From the human T2T-CHM13v2.0 reference genome, Homo sapiens: a stretch of 64,000 nucleotides of DNA. This document shows positions 37,290-50,080 of this stretch, piece after piece. The translations under genes and the position numbers were made by a program. The notes beneath the pieces are model-generated. The model searched no databases and had not been told where the DNA came from. It saw only the letters and a list, made by a program, of their open reading frames with translations. Every line of letters begins with the position of its first letter. The stretch's first letter is position 1. The stretch lies in assembly GCF_009914755.1 (NCBI RefSeq), contig NC_060927.1. One strand, 5' to 3'.

Positions 37290-40274
37290 CAGATTTTACT
37301 TTTTATTATGAATAATTATAGTCAACAATGTTTTGTTTCAAAATATTAAAATAATTCTGGAAAAAAGAAAACAAATACCCCAATATTTCAGATAGATAAA
37401 GATACATAAATACATCTCCTAGAATAGATATTACATTTAGTCACAACAGGAATAAGCAGCGACTCCTATATCTTCATAATATTAATGCCATAATGCTATG
37501 GCATTAAAATGCTCATCAGAGTAGTTTGTCTGGAAAAATTTTAAAGTAACTTCTATAAACACTAAGTTATAATTGAGGACAATATCTTAAAATTTTAAAT
37601 ACCTAGAAGGGTAGAATGTTACATAAAACCCATTAGTCCCAGCCTTTTCAATCTGTCTCTTTCTCCAGGAAGAATCACATTTTGAATTGAATCTTCATGC
37701 CATCATCAATCTACTTACTACTAAATTGGGCAGATTAATAAAATCTCCCTTGACATAATAGTGAAGAATTTAGAGGCAGACTGAAGCAAAAATGATTATT
37801 TTTTATCTTCATGCTTCCTTCCTAAATAGGTACCCCCATATTTAATCAATATATTTATACAACATCTTCATCAGATGGAAGCAACTTTTACCTCCTAATA
37901 TTACAATACAATAGCATTACCAAGCTAATGGCGAGAAAAAAAATTCTTAATGGATATTCTGCAATCTGCTTCTCCCCTCAACACACAACCCAAAAGAGTT
38001 CTAAACACAATAACTTTCATTATGTCTGGAGTCCTGTCAATTTCAAAATCATAATTCACTATTTTTTCAGGAATGGTACCTTTCATGAGTATCCTTCACA
38101 ATTTTCTTCTCAAAGCCTATAAAGTTGGCCTACATCCCCAACCTTAAAAAGGTGCTTTATTGTCCTAGAAATTTAGCTTAGTAAGGGCTTTAGAGGAATA
38201 TACTGCAATATAAAATTCATCTGATAGGAAAATCCAAATAATGGCTAGATTTTGCACAAAAGGACTGTTTGGATCAAAGAAAATTTCCAGGCTATGTAAA
38301 AATTGATTGTACTAAACCTAAAATCATTCATCCTCATACTTCAGAAATCATCAACAGAATACACTTTATGTATACCATGAAGCCATTTAATAGTTCACTA
38401 TGGTGATGCTAAATCACTATCTTCATTAATCTCAATGATTTCTTGAGTTCATTTGTGAGAGAAAAATTGATAAATCACTAAATATGTATTGTCTTAAGAT
38501 AACGGCCCTTTCTACATTTTATATGGCAACAACGGACAGTCCCTGATAAATGAGCGGCCATTTATTTTAAACAATACTTTAAAGGAGTAACCCTAGTTTA
38601 GAAAGTCTCACTACAATAAAGAACATAAAACAGTTCAAACTGTCATTAAGACCTGCTAGTTAAGCATTATCACAAATAAACAGATAAGTGGGTTATTTTG
38701 GGTTTTGAACTTTTGCTGCTGTTTTACTGATAGCTGTTACTTGGCCTTTGCATATAACAAGTCATCAACCTGGAAAATAGAGTAAAACATAATTATTCTA
38801 AATGCCATTATTTACTTGTGCATTGATGCCCAATGTAGCTTTTTTTCTTTCTGTCTCCATACTACATAATTATATATTAATTGTAAAAAATTAGAATTAT
38901 CTAAAGGTTAGACAGACACATAGATCAAATGACATACTTAGAATACATTTGAACACTGACACAGCCATTACTAGAATTGAAGTTGTGTTAATGCAATCTC
39001 ATCAATTCTAAAACTGTTTCATTGTTTTTAAGATATGACTTTCAGAAGGGTCTCTCAGCATTAGTTTCATGGAGCCAAAAAAGAGTGAAGTATCCCTTAC
39101 TGGGCCAATAATATCAGTATCGCTAGTTCATCTAATAGATTCAGATGCTGCAATTAACTATGTCTCTTCTCCCTGTAAATGACTTTAAACTTTTTCACTT
39201 GCCTTTCTTCTTTTATTCACTCCCTCATTCATATTTATTAATTTATTCATAATGAACACTTAGTATGTGCCAGGCACAGTGTTACAGGCTTCAAAAATTC
39301 TTTTATTTAACTCTATGAGATGAGCACTACTATTATGTTCAAATAAGATATAGGGAAAATGTGGCTTAGAAAGGACAAGCAACTTGTTTCACAACTGTTA
39401 GTGAATTCAGCTGGAAATTGAGCCCAACCCAATTTCACACCCTCTGTCTATAGGGAAACTGATACTATGTGCAAGGCATTTTGCCAAATATTGGCCTGAA
39501 TACAGAGATGAGTAAAATATAATTTCTACTATCCTGTGGTATGTAACTCTCACATGAGCATTATGACTGCTGAAGGATCCTAAACATAAACTTGACAATT
39601 TTCCCACTGTATTCACATTTCTGGCTTCTCTTACTCACAAGAGAAAGTGCTGAAGCATCCATCCAGACAATCTGAATTTCCCTGTGTTGACACTGTGCCC
39701 AGTGCTAATCCAATCCACTACTTCTACACTCCCTTTACCTAACTGCATCATCTTTCACCAGTTGCCCAAGTTGAAGATTTGAAATTACCTTTGACTCCTT
39801 CCTATCCCTCAGAACCTACATTAGTCACTTACTGTTTTGGTATCCACCTCTGAATTCTTTCACAACTCCACACCTCTCAATTTCCATCCCCAATGTGGCA
39901 TCATACACAGACAGTTGACCTTTATTCCCACTCTGACACTTTCTAGCTACGTAACCTGAGACAAACCATACAATCTTTCTCTGAGCTTTTGTTCTTTACT
40001 AGTCAAATATCTAATCTTCTGGAGTGGTTTTAGCTTTACTGATGGTTATATGAAATGGCTACCGCATATAGTAGCCATGATGGCAGCCATTATTACCACT
40101 GCCCTATTTTAGGCCTCGGTCATCTCTTAAAATACAATTCCTGGTATATAAAATGCACTTAACAAATATCCACTGAAAGAACAAATGACTTCAGATATGT
40201 ACATTGCAATTAGAAACTGGAACTAGTTCTGCTTAACATAATCAGTTCCCCCAAATAATTCTCAAAAAAGGTAC

Positions 40275-40364
40275 CTGTTGGATTATGCTTCATAATAAAC
40301 AGAAATGGATGATTTGCTATAAATTGGCTTTGAGCCAGACTCATGATCACAGGGATGTGTATGC
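40275..40364 (-). CDS. SERPINI2: SERPINI2 exon encoding the reactive-centre loop (GIHIPVIMSLAQSQFIANHPFLFIMKHNPT)
   Basis: AG/GT borders, 90 bp, serpin signature FxANHPFLF. Counting from the hinge gives P1-P1' = Ile-Met (inference). Confidence 0.95.
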
Positions 40365-42393
40365 CTATAAAATAGAGACAACAGTTATTTAGATACTTGC
40401 ATTAAAAGATCAGTAAAGAAAGTATATTCATAATACATTTTGTAGACAGGAAAAGTCATTTTGTGTAAGGAGTTAACATGTGGAAAAATAACCATTTTCT
40501 AAATACAGAGGAATTTGCAATAAATTTAAAAACCAAAGTACTGAAGAATAAATATTAGGTCACTCACAGAATAATTCTAACTTTATATGTATGCTCAATG
40601 AAGAAGCAAGCCAGATACCAGATTCAATTTAGTGAAAGCAGTTGAAAAAATTTATCTTTTAAACAGTAATTTTCTGTTCACTTTTTATTTGCATTATATG
40701 ATTTATTTCTACAATGTTTGTAATTCCTAATTCCTATTTAGGTATATTTGCACTTCGGGTTTGTGGTAATCACATCTGAGCTCAAATTAATTTTTTTTTT
40801 TACTTACTCTTTCAAAATTATTCTGTGAGCTCAGAGCTTTTAGGATTTGTGCAGTGAATGTGTGTGAGATTTTTATTATGAGATTTGAAGCAGAAATTTG
40901 CTGCCTTAAAAATTACTTTCTATGATTATTTATATTATGTTGCTCCATTACAGTATTTGTCAATATTTAGAATAGGAAAATATAAAAAGTTAGATATTTT
41001 TCCTATCTAGATTAAATGTTTTATGCTTAATTCAGATACTGTATTTCCCAATAATTGAATTATTTTGTACTGTTATTTTCAGACCCCAGGAAAAATAAAA
41101 TCACTATGTATCATTAGAATTATAAAACAGTCAAATATAATCTTAGTATGATAACATGATTGGCACTCTCCTATCCAGAATATCAAGGGTATACCTAAAT
41201 AACCAGTGAATATAGGCTCATGTCTGAATTACTACGATAAATCCAAAAGCAAGATCAGTTTTACTCCCATTCCCATTTACAGTGAATACTTGGACTTTTT
41301 TTGCTTTTGAGCAGTCCGTGAGTGGATTTCTGAAAGTCAAAATACCCAGACTGACTATTCTGAGGAGTTTTACTTTGATTCATCTACCTTCTCTTAATGA
41401 TTGTTACAGAATCCTAGAAAATTTTAGACTTAAAATGAGAGACAGTGGGCAATAACATAAAGAGCTCTGAACTTAAAGTCAGGGAACATGAGTTGCGTTC
41501 AAATTCTGCTGTCAATCAATAATATGGCCTCAGGTAAGCCACTTTACATTGCTGGGCCTGTTTCTTCACCAATATAATGAGATCAAACAATAATCTATAA
41601 GGACTCTCTCAGTACTGTTTGAAAGCAGCTGGAAAATTTGTCTACATGATCCAGCAATTTCATCCAAATATAACCTTTTGACTTCTTCAAAGATTAATAT
41701 AGTTCATCCCCTACAATCCAAGTTCCTTGAGCACAGCAATGCAAGATCCTTCAGGAGATGACAAAATTGTAAGGGAGTCCAGTGTGTTTCATCCAGATGT
41801 CAAAATCCATTGGCCCAATGCAGCATTGCAAATTAATCAAGAAATTAATAAATGAATATCAATTTTTATATATTTATCAGTAAGACATTGAAATGATAAA
41901 TAGCTTTTAAATATTGATTAAAATCCAAATAGTATGGGGAATTAAAATAGACTTACAAGGAATTCATTAAAGTTGCTTGTCCATTTATAATTATTTTAGG
42001 GCTTTTTTCTAATTATTTTTCAAGCATTATTTATATGCAGCACAGATGCTATTTAAAATGTCATTTGTTCAAGGAAATATGGCCTAGAAGAGTGGTTCTC
42101 TAACTAGAATGTACATACAAATTTCCTAGTGATCTTGCAAAATACAGATTCTGATTCAGTCGGTCTAGGGTTTGGATCTGAGATTTTGCATTTCTAACGA
42201 GTTCCCAAGTGGTGCTGTTGTTGGTCTATGCACTACATTTGTAATAAAAAAGGCAAGCTGCAAAGCACTATGGAGCACTGGTTCTTCCATGCACATTGAT
42301 ATCACTTAGGAAAACCTATGAAAATTTTGGAGTCTGGATTTCACTTCCAGAAATACTGATATAATTATTTTGGGGTGTGGACTGGGCATAGGA

Positions 42394-42900
<507 letters not shown>

Positions 42901-43198
42901 CTAAAGTTTTATCCACAAGTCCTATCTGCTAATTCACAGGTAATCCAATTCGCAAGTAAGCAAATATCAGTAGATAGGTCTCAACTCCTAATCAAACCCC
43001 TTCCCTTCCTTTTTGTATCATGCTGTGACTGAAGAGAAATATGAACAGCGTATACAACCATTTCCTTTTTTTCCTCCTGAAGTGTATTAGACAGCAGAAG
43101 AGAAAAAGAAGAGTACAATACTTCAAAAGGGTCAGCACCATAATGTTCATCCTCTCCCCATGTTTCCTTCTAGCTTGGCCAGAAATCATTCACCCTAC

Positions 43199-43285
43199 CA
43201 GTTGATGTTGCAGCTTCACTACCATCTTCATTTATCTCAAAGAAAACTTTTTGCGTCACTTGGGAAACATACACTTCAGATGAAT
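43199..43285 (-). CDS. SERPINI2: SERPINI2 exon encoding the hinge (DSSEVYVSQVTQKVFFEINEDGSEAATST)
   Basis: AG/GT borders, 87 bp, inhibitory-serpin hinge EDGSEAA. Confidence 0.95.
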
Positions 43286-43365
43286 CTGGTTAAAAAAAAA
43301 TACACAAAAGTGTATTTAAGAGTTAAAATCAAAAGCCGTTACCTATTAGATCTCAATTAATTACA

Positions 43366-43674
43366 TTTATTTATTTATTTATTTATTTATTTTTTGAGAT
43401 GGAGTCTTGCTCTGTCACCCAGGCTGAAGTACACTGGCACGATCTCAGCTCACTGCAACCTCTGCCTCCCAGATTCAAACGATTCTACCATTCAGCCTCC
43501 CAAGTAGTTGGGATTATAGGCTCCTGCCACCACACCTGGCTAATTTTTGTATTTTTAGTAGAGGTGGGGTTTCGGCATGTTGGCCAGGTGGTCCCGAACT
43601 CCTGACCTCAGGTGATCCACCCGCCTTGGCCTCCCAAAGTTCTGGGATTACAGGTGTGAGCCACCACGCCCAGC
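43366..43674 (-). mobile_element. AluS
   Basis: Full dimer with a (TTTA)n tail. Confidence 0.9.
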
Positions 43675-46600
43675 ATCATTAGATTTTCAAATGATCAAAG
43701 ACAAGGAAACAAATAAATGAACTTTTTCCTATTTAGTCAATTTGCAACAGATAAAGGTGATTTATAGGTTTAGCTCTTCCAGAGATGACATATATACAGA
43801 GAGAGATCAAGTTTTTCTGTGATATAAAAGGTAAATGATGTAAGCCTCAAATCAGGTATCCAACTAAGTGAAATATTTGAAGGGACAGAGAGCTTTTCCT
43901 CCCTTAGCCATTGTCTATAGACAGAATGAAAGAGGCTTTCCAGATCTGAATTAATCCCACCCTGTATATTTAACCTCAAAGCCAAAGTGCCTTTTATATT
44001 CTGTATTTGGTTTTGATCGTAGTTTAAAATAAAATGTACTTGCCTTCAAATCTGGGGAAGCTATGAAATTCTAAGGAACTTCTGTGTCACCTGTTACAAA
44101 ATCACTTCAGAGATACACTTTAAAACCTGTTAAAATTTTCAGCATAAGATCGTGCTTTACAACGTTTTGTTCTGGTGTGGATATGAGCTGAGAGTGAATG
44201 CTCCTTTTTCTCCCCTTGGTGGAACTGATGTATATGTGAAGCGTTTCTGGTAGAGTGAATTGCAAGTATAGTCTCCTCAAGAAGGAAGAAGTGAAACCCG
44301 GAGCCCAGAAGCCATGTCAAGCTGGCCTTGCAAGACAAGATAGATCTGACAATGTTCCTCAGAGGACAAAGGAAGCATGCTCTAGAAAACTGCCTGGCTC
44401 ATAATTGGCTCGCAATAAATATTTGTAATATATAAGTCAATAATAAATAGGTCAATGCATCTGAGTATGTCTAGTGATAGAAACCTGTAAAGTGGAGAGA
44501 GATGGGCATCCACACTATTAGTGTGAATTAACTGAAATGCGAGAGAATTTCTCTCAAGGTCCGGCAAATAAGCACCTTCTTCTCCCAGGACTGCCTGGAA
44601 GAAGACAAATAAACACAGAGGGAATGACCTAGTGGCCCACACCAAGAGGAAAGACCAAAAAGCAGGTTAGGAAGGAGTGAAGAATTTCACCCAGTTTAGC
44701 AATGGCACCAGCCCAAATGACTCCCTGGCTATTAGACTAATCCACTTAGTCTCCTTTGTTCCATCTCACTGCAGAGAAAGCCCAGTCTTAGGAAAAGAAC
44801 AGGCCCTGAAATATGATAGGTTAGAAGTAAGAATGTGGACTCTACAAACTCATTCATTATACCTTCATAGTCATTATTTCTCTTAATTTTTAAATGAAAA
44901 TTCTAAGTACATTGTTATTAAATTAAGAGAACAAGAAAACAATACGTTTGCTAGATGTGCAAGTAATATTAATGTGATACTTTTCCCACTTGCTGTTTTA
45001 TATTTAACTATGTGCCAAATGTTAAACTAGATGATTTACATACATTCTTTTATTTATTTCCCCAGTCACTATATTATCTCACTTAACAGATTAGAATGCT
45101 TACACTCAGAAAGGTTAAATATTTTACTACAGGTTACACAAGGAGTAGTAACTGAGTGAGAAGTCAAATATTTTTCTAACAGTTTCCAAAATAACTCTAT
45201 AAAAACATTTCATTCAAAACTTGTGAACTATATAAATATAAGGTAGTGTCCCTTTCACACAGATGTCCCATAAGACTAGTGTTGGGCTGCTTCATAGTAG
45301 CCTTTAGTGAATGTTTATTGTACAAATGATAAGTAGAGATAGCAGAGAATTTACTGTGCTCCTAGCTACCAGCAGGGGTATCAGCATTGGCTATGACTAT
45401 TCTATTCTAGGCAATAAGACGGAACCAAAATGGTTAAAACAGCTCAAATAGGTAACTCAAGAGGGAAAGAACAGAAGATGCTGGACATTTATTCTTTTCT
45501 GCACTGGGTCATTTTCTTGAATAAAGTCTTTTATGAAACATTTTGGAAGTATTTTCTTTAAAAATCTGCCTGTAACAGGAGATTTTTTAGAAGTCACAAA
45601 TTGCTGGGAATTTGCAGAACAAGTGGCTGTTTGAAGTGTCTGAGGCATATTGAGTGATCTCCCTATGGCCAGAAAGAAGTTTAAGAAAAGGAAGTGCATG
45701 AAAAATAGTTTGGATTATTGAAGGTTGAAGAGGTGGTTGTGTCTCAGGGCACACTTACAGAGCATCCTGTTGCAGTATTTAATGTTGACCATCTCATACC
45801 TAGTGCGGACAAAATTGTCAGAGAAGTCAGATCTATCTGTCAGTGTGAGAACGAGTAGCTACACCGTGTGTGAAGGTGATAATGAACATTTTGATATTTG
45901 TGACCTCATTCACCTCCTCCACCAGGAAAGTTTTTCATTCTGTTCATTTGCCCATATAATTGATGGGTGATGACTAAATTAACAACACGTTTCCAAAGCC
46001 CAGATACCTATATAGAAATAAATACATAAAACATTTCTGCACTATTTCATGTTATGATTTACAACCCCATCAGACAGACAAGCTTAGGCCCATTTTTATA
46101 GAACAGAAGACTGAATTTAAAAGAGGGTAAGTAACTTGGGACAAACTGGCTCTCTTCATCCATTTTTTTAGCGAGTTATTTTTGAACTAGTGTGTACCAC
46201 TGAGACTCGAAGAATTCAAAGACTATCTTGGCTTTGTTGTACAAGTGAACGTGTTAACCATGCAGGATTCCCCTGATGCGAGTTAGCATAAGAGCTCCAT
46301 CTTATCTTCTCAGATATGTTGTCAGCCCAAAAGACTCTGTTGCTAAATCTGCAAGCTGTAGCGTTACAATTTCTTGATTGTGTTCATCATCCAGCAGCTT
46401 ATGGATGACTATTTCATGTGTTCTCATATTAGTGAATTAACATTTGCAAATTGGTTTATAAGAGTTGTATTAGCTCTGCTTAGATGAGAGACTCAAAGTT
46501 GTAATTCCCATTATTCAGATGAGGAGATCCAAACAGGGCAGAAATAAAAACCCATATAATACTTTTACTTATGTAGTTTTATTAGAAGTATAGCCAGAGT

Positions 46601-46818
46601 GCTTATCTAACATTCTAAAATGCTTTTTGACTTTCATTAAGAAAAACTACTTAAACATAAAGTGCTTGTTTACAGACAGCTCAACATGACTATGACATTT
46701 ATTCACTGTGCGTATATTTATCAGAGCTGAATGCTCTTTCAGTTTTAAGCTCAGCTAGTTAATGTAGTCCTAACAAAACAAATTAACATCATAATATAAG
46801 AATTATTTATCATACTAC

Positions 46819-46916
46819 CTGTTATTCCAGAAAGGTCGCAGCCACCACTAAATATCTCGGTTATGTTCAAAGAATACAAAACGTCTTTGAAGTCTACTTT
46901 TTGTTCTACTTTAAAT
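46819..46916 (-). CDS. SERPINI2: SERPINI2 exon (RFKVEQKVDFKDVLYSLNITEIFSGGCDLSGIT)
   Basis: AG/GT borders, 98 bp, within ORF 46751-46957. Phase is compatible with the neighbouring exons. Confidence 0.95.
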
Positions 46917-49432
46917 CTGTTATTAAAAAAAAAAGAAAAAGAAAAGTCTTGAAACACTGCACATTTTTGCTACCAATTTTTTAATGGATGACTTAGAGGA
47001 TAATATATTGTAAAATCTTTTGTTTTTATTATCTCAATTACATTTTCTCACATTTCACACCATTTTCCCCGGCTCCAACAATCAGCTCTGGGTTGCCAAT
47101 AACTTGCTTCCCAGATAAATGGTTGGAGGAAAGAGGGAACAGAAATTGCATTTTTTTTTGAAGTAACAATTACCCAACAAAACTCGGTGAGAATTCTAAG
47201 TTCTATCTAAGGTCTCAATTGCTTGGCTTCTTTCTAACAAGTCTAAAATTTCCCTCTTATGTATTCAAGATTTTTACACCATCAAAGATGGTTCCTGGCA
47301 GATGCCCATGACATGATGAGCAGGGAACAGGAGTCCACAGTCCTTGGAGAAGATTGTTAGCTATTAAGGAAGAGAGAAATATTTATAACCCATCATTCAT
47401 CTCGCCCATTGTCACAGTCAATGAGATGTTCTTTAGTGTATGGACAGGCCTAATATCTTTTAAATAGGCCCTATAAAAGGATAAAGGAAGGGGAACCAGA
47501 TTTCTTTCAAAGGAAATAAAAGACAAAAATTACAGGAGTGGGGGGGGGTGGGCAAAAAAAAAAGGAGGTAGCCACTGCTTCCAACACTGAGCCGTAAGTT
47601 AGGAGACTAGTGTCTGGCTCACCTGTCTGTGCCTTAATTTGCCTCACCTGTGAAAAGGGAACTTAACCAGATAATCCCAAAAGATTTTCTCAGCCACTGA
47701 TCTTCCACGATTCCAAGTCAAAAGCAATCACTGAACCTCACTTTCCCATTTAAATAAAAGTGGGGGTGGGGGGAAGCTAGTACTTATTGACTTCATAGAT
47801 GCTTAAAGCATTAATTTGCATTTTAAATACAGATCAGAAACTTTGTTTATGAAAGAAAAGACACATGTAATAATCTTAAACAGGGAGCTATATATATTTC
47901 CTACATCAGCAAAATTCCAGGCAATTCCCAATGAGGGGCTTTGTCTATGCCCTCTGGGCATTGACCCCTGTGCTCCCCAGTTAGAATGCATACGCTAGTG
48001 CTCAAGGATCCTTGTTCATTCAGCAGGTAGGCCCACATCTGGAGCTAGAAATTAGGTGGGGCAATCAGTCTAATTAGATCATTGTTTTAATTGGAAATAC
48101 TGAATGAGCTTCTTAATTATAATTCTCCAAAGCAATGAACATGCTGTGGCAGAACTCTACTGGGACTAAATTATTTCTTGGTAAAACAATATGTTTTTTT
48201 GGAAGATGGTAACTCATTCAGAACCCTATCTACCTGGGAATGGACACAACATGCACATTAAAATCAGCTGATAAAGAAAATAGCTCATTCTATGCCAACT
48301 GCTTTCACCCTCTTCCTTGTAACTTCCTACTAAGAAAGATAATATGCAGCATGATGGTTTGGGAGGTTGGCTTTTTTCCTGTTTTTATTACCACAGTCTT
48401 TAAACTGAATGGAGTATGGGCTTTTAAAGGGTGGAGAATATATGTTCTAATCTACCTATAAATGGGCTATAATAGTCCAATAATTTTAGGATAATGACAA
48501 AAATACTGCAAGACTTATTACAACTTCTAATAATGCCTAATTATCACTGGAGAGTCATTTAAGTAACAGTCCTGCTCATAATATAGTCCAATGAAACCTA
48601 CAGCAATAAAAACACATTCAGCCATCTAATGAATGTATAATCTACAGCCAATTCCTAATTATCCATAATTATTGGAGCCATGAATAGCCAGGTGTGAAGA
48701 AGCACTGCCATGTGTTAGGTACTTAAGATAAATTATAGTTTTTAATCTTTAGAAAAATCTAAGGAAGTCGGCATTATTTCCATTAACGTATAAGAAAATA
48801 GAAGCCTGAGGAGGTTAATTTTCAGGCTTAAGGTTAAGGTAGGTTCCAGAGGTATGATTTAAACTCAGGTCTATTTGAAGTCAAAGCTAATGTGCTAACT
48901 GCCACTACTTTCTAATCAAAATGTAATTCAACACCACCATATTGGTCAATATATATAATGTCCCTCTTCCAAAGTTTATGAGTCTTCATATTTCTCCCAG
49001 TTGTGGTTCATTTTCCCTTTTCCTTAATCCTCCTCTAAAATTGTCAAAAGAACAGCAGGCAAAAGTAGAAGAATGAGCAGCAAAATGCTAGATAAACAAT
49101 TAGCAACTAAATCATGAATGGAATTTTTAGCATATGCAAATAATATCTATTTGTTTAAAAGAGAGTAATTCACTCCCAAATGTAACCATTGTGCTGAAAC
49201 AGATCTCACAAAGGGAAAAGCTGCAGAAAAATGAAAAACAATCCCAATTTTTGTTTTAAGAATGACCTACTTCTGGCCTCCAGGCCCTGTTGGGGAATGG
49301 TATTGGCCCTTCCTTTCCCCTTATCCCCAGAGTTCTTGTTTAATGAAAAAAAGTCTTGGATCAATTTCCCTCTGGGTTTGTGTTATCATCTGAAATCCCA
49401 GCTTTGGTACAGTGGGCTTGAATCATTCTTGG

Positions 49433-49476
49433 TGTATTAGGCTATTCTCACACTGCTATAAAGAAATACGAGTCTC

Positions 49477-49509
<33 letters not shown>

Positions 49510-49886
49510 GAAAAAAGAAATACCTGAGACTGGGTAATTTATAAAGAAAAGAAGTTTAATTGGTTCACAGTTCCAAAGGCTGTACAGGGAGCATGATGCT
49601 GGCATTTGTTGGTTACCAGGGAGGTATCAGGAAACTTACAATCATGGCTGAAGGCAAAGAGGAATGGGCACATCTTACATGGCTGGAATAGGAGGAAGAG
49701 AAACAGGGGGCAGGGGCTACACACTTTTGAACAACCAAATCTCGTGAGAACTCTACGATGAGCACAGCACTGAAGGGGGAAATTTGCCCCCATGATCCCA
49801 TCACTTTCCACCAGGCCCCATCTCCAACACTGGGGATTGCAATTTGACATGAGATTTGGGTGGGGACATAAATCCAAACCATATCA
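49433..49886 (+). mobile_element. MST (MaLR) solo LTR
   Basis: tgtattagg...gagactgggtaatttataaagaaaag...ccaaaccatatca. Flanks cttgg and cttgt. Confidence 0.88.
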
Positions 49887-50030
49887 CTTGTACTGTTCAG
49901 AGCTGGAACCAACCAAACCAAATCTTAGGGTTGCTCATGAGGAGAAAAATACAACACAATCTTTGACAATGGTGGCCCTAGATGGTTATGTGAGTACACA
50001 GTAAATTCTGGTCACTTTCCAATCAATTAC

Positions 50031-50033
<3 letters not shown>

Positions 50034-50074
<41 letters not shown>
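50034..50074. repeat. (TG)n microsatellite
   Basis: About 20 perfect units. Confidence 0.95.

Positions 50075-50080
<6 letters not shown>

Noticed and set aside
41703-41855. Plus-strand AG-preceded 50-codon frame (FIPYNPSSLSTAMQDPSGDDK...) ending near AATAAA
   Set aside because: The length is within chance expectation, with no recognisable homology and no partner exons that I can support.
47535-47553. G-run as a G-quadruplex or regulatory element
   Set aside because: An isolated short homopolymer with no supporting context.
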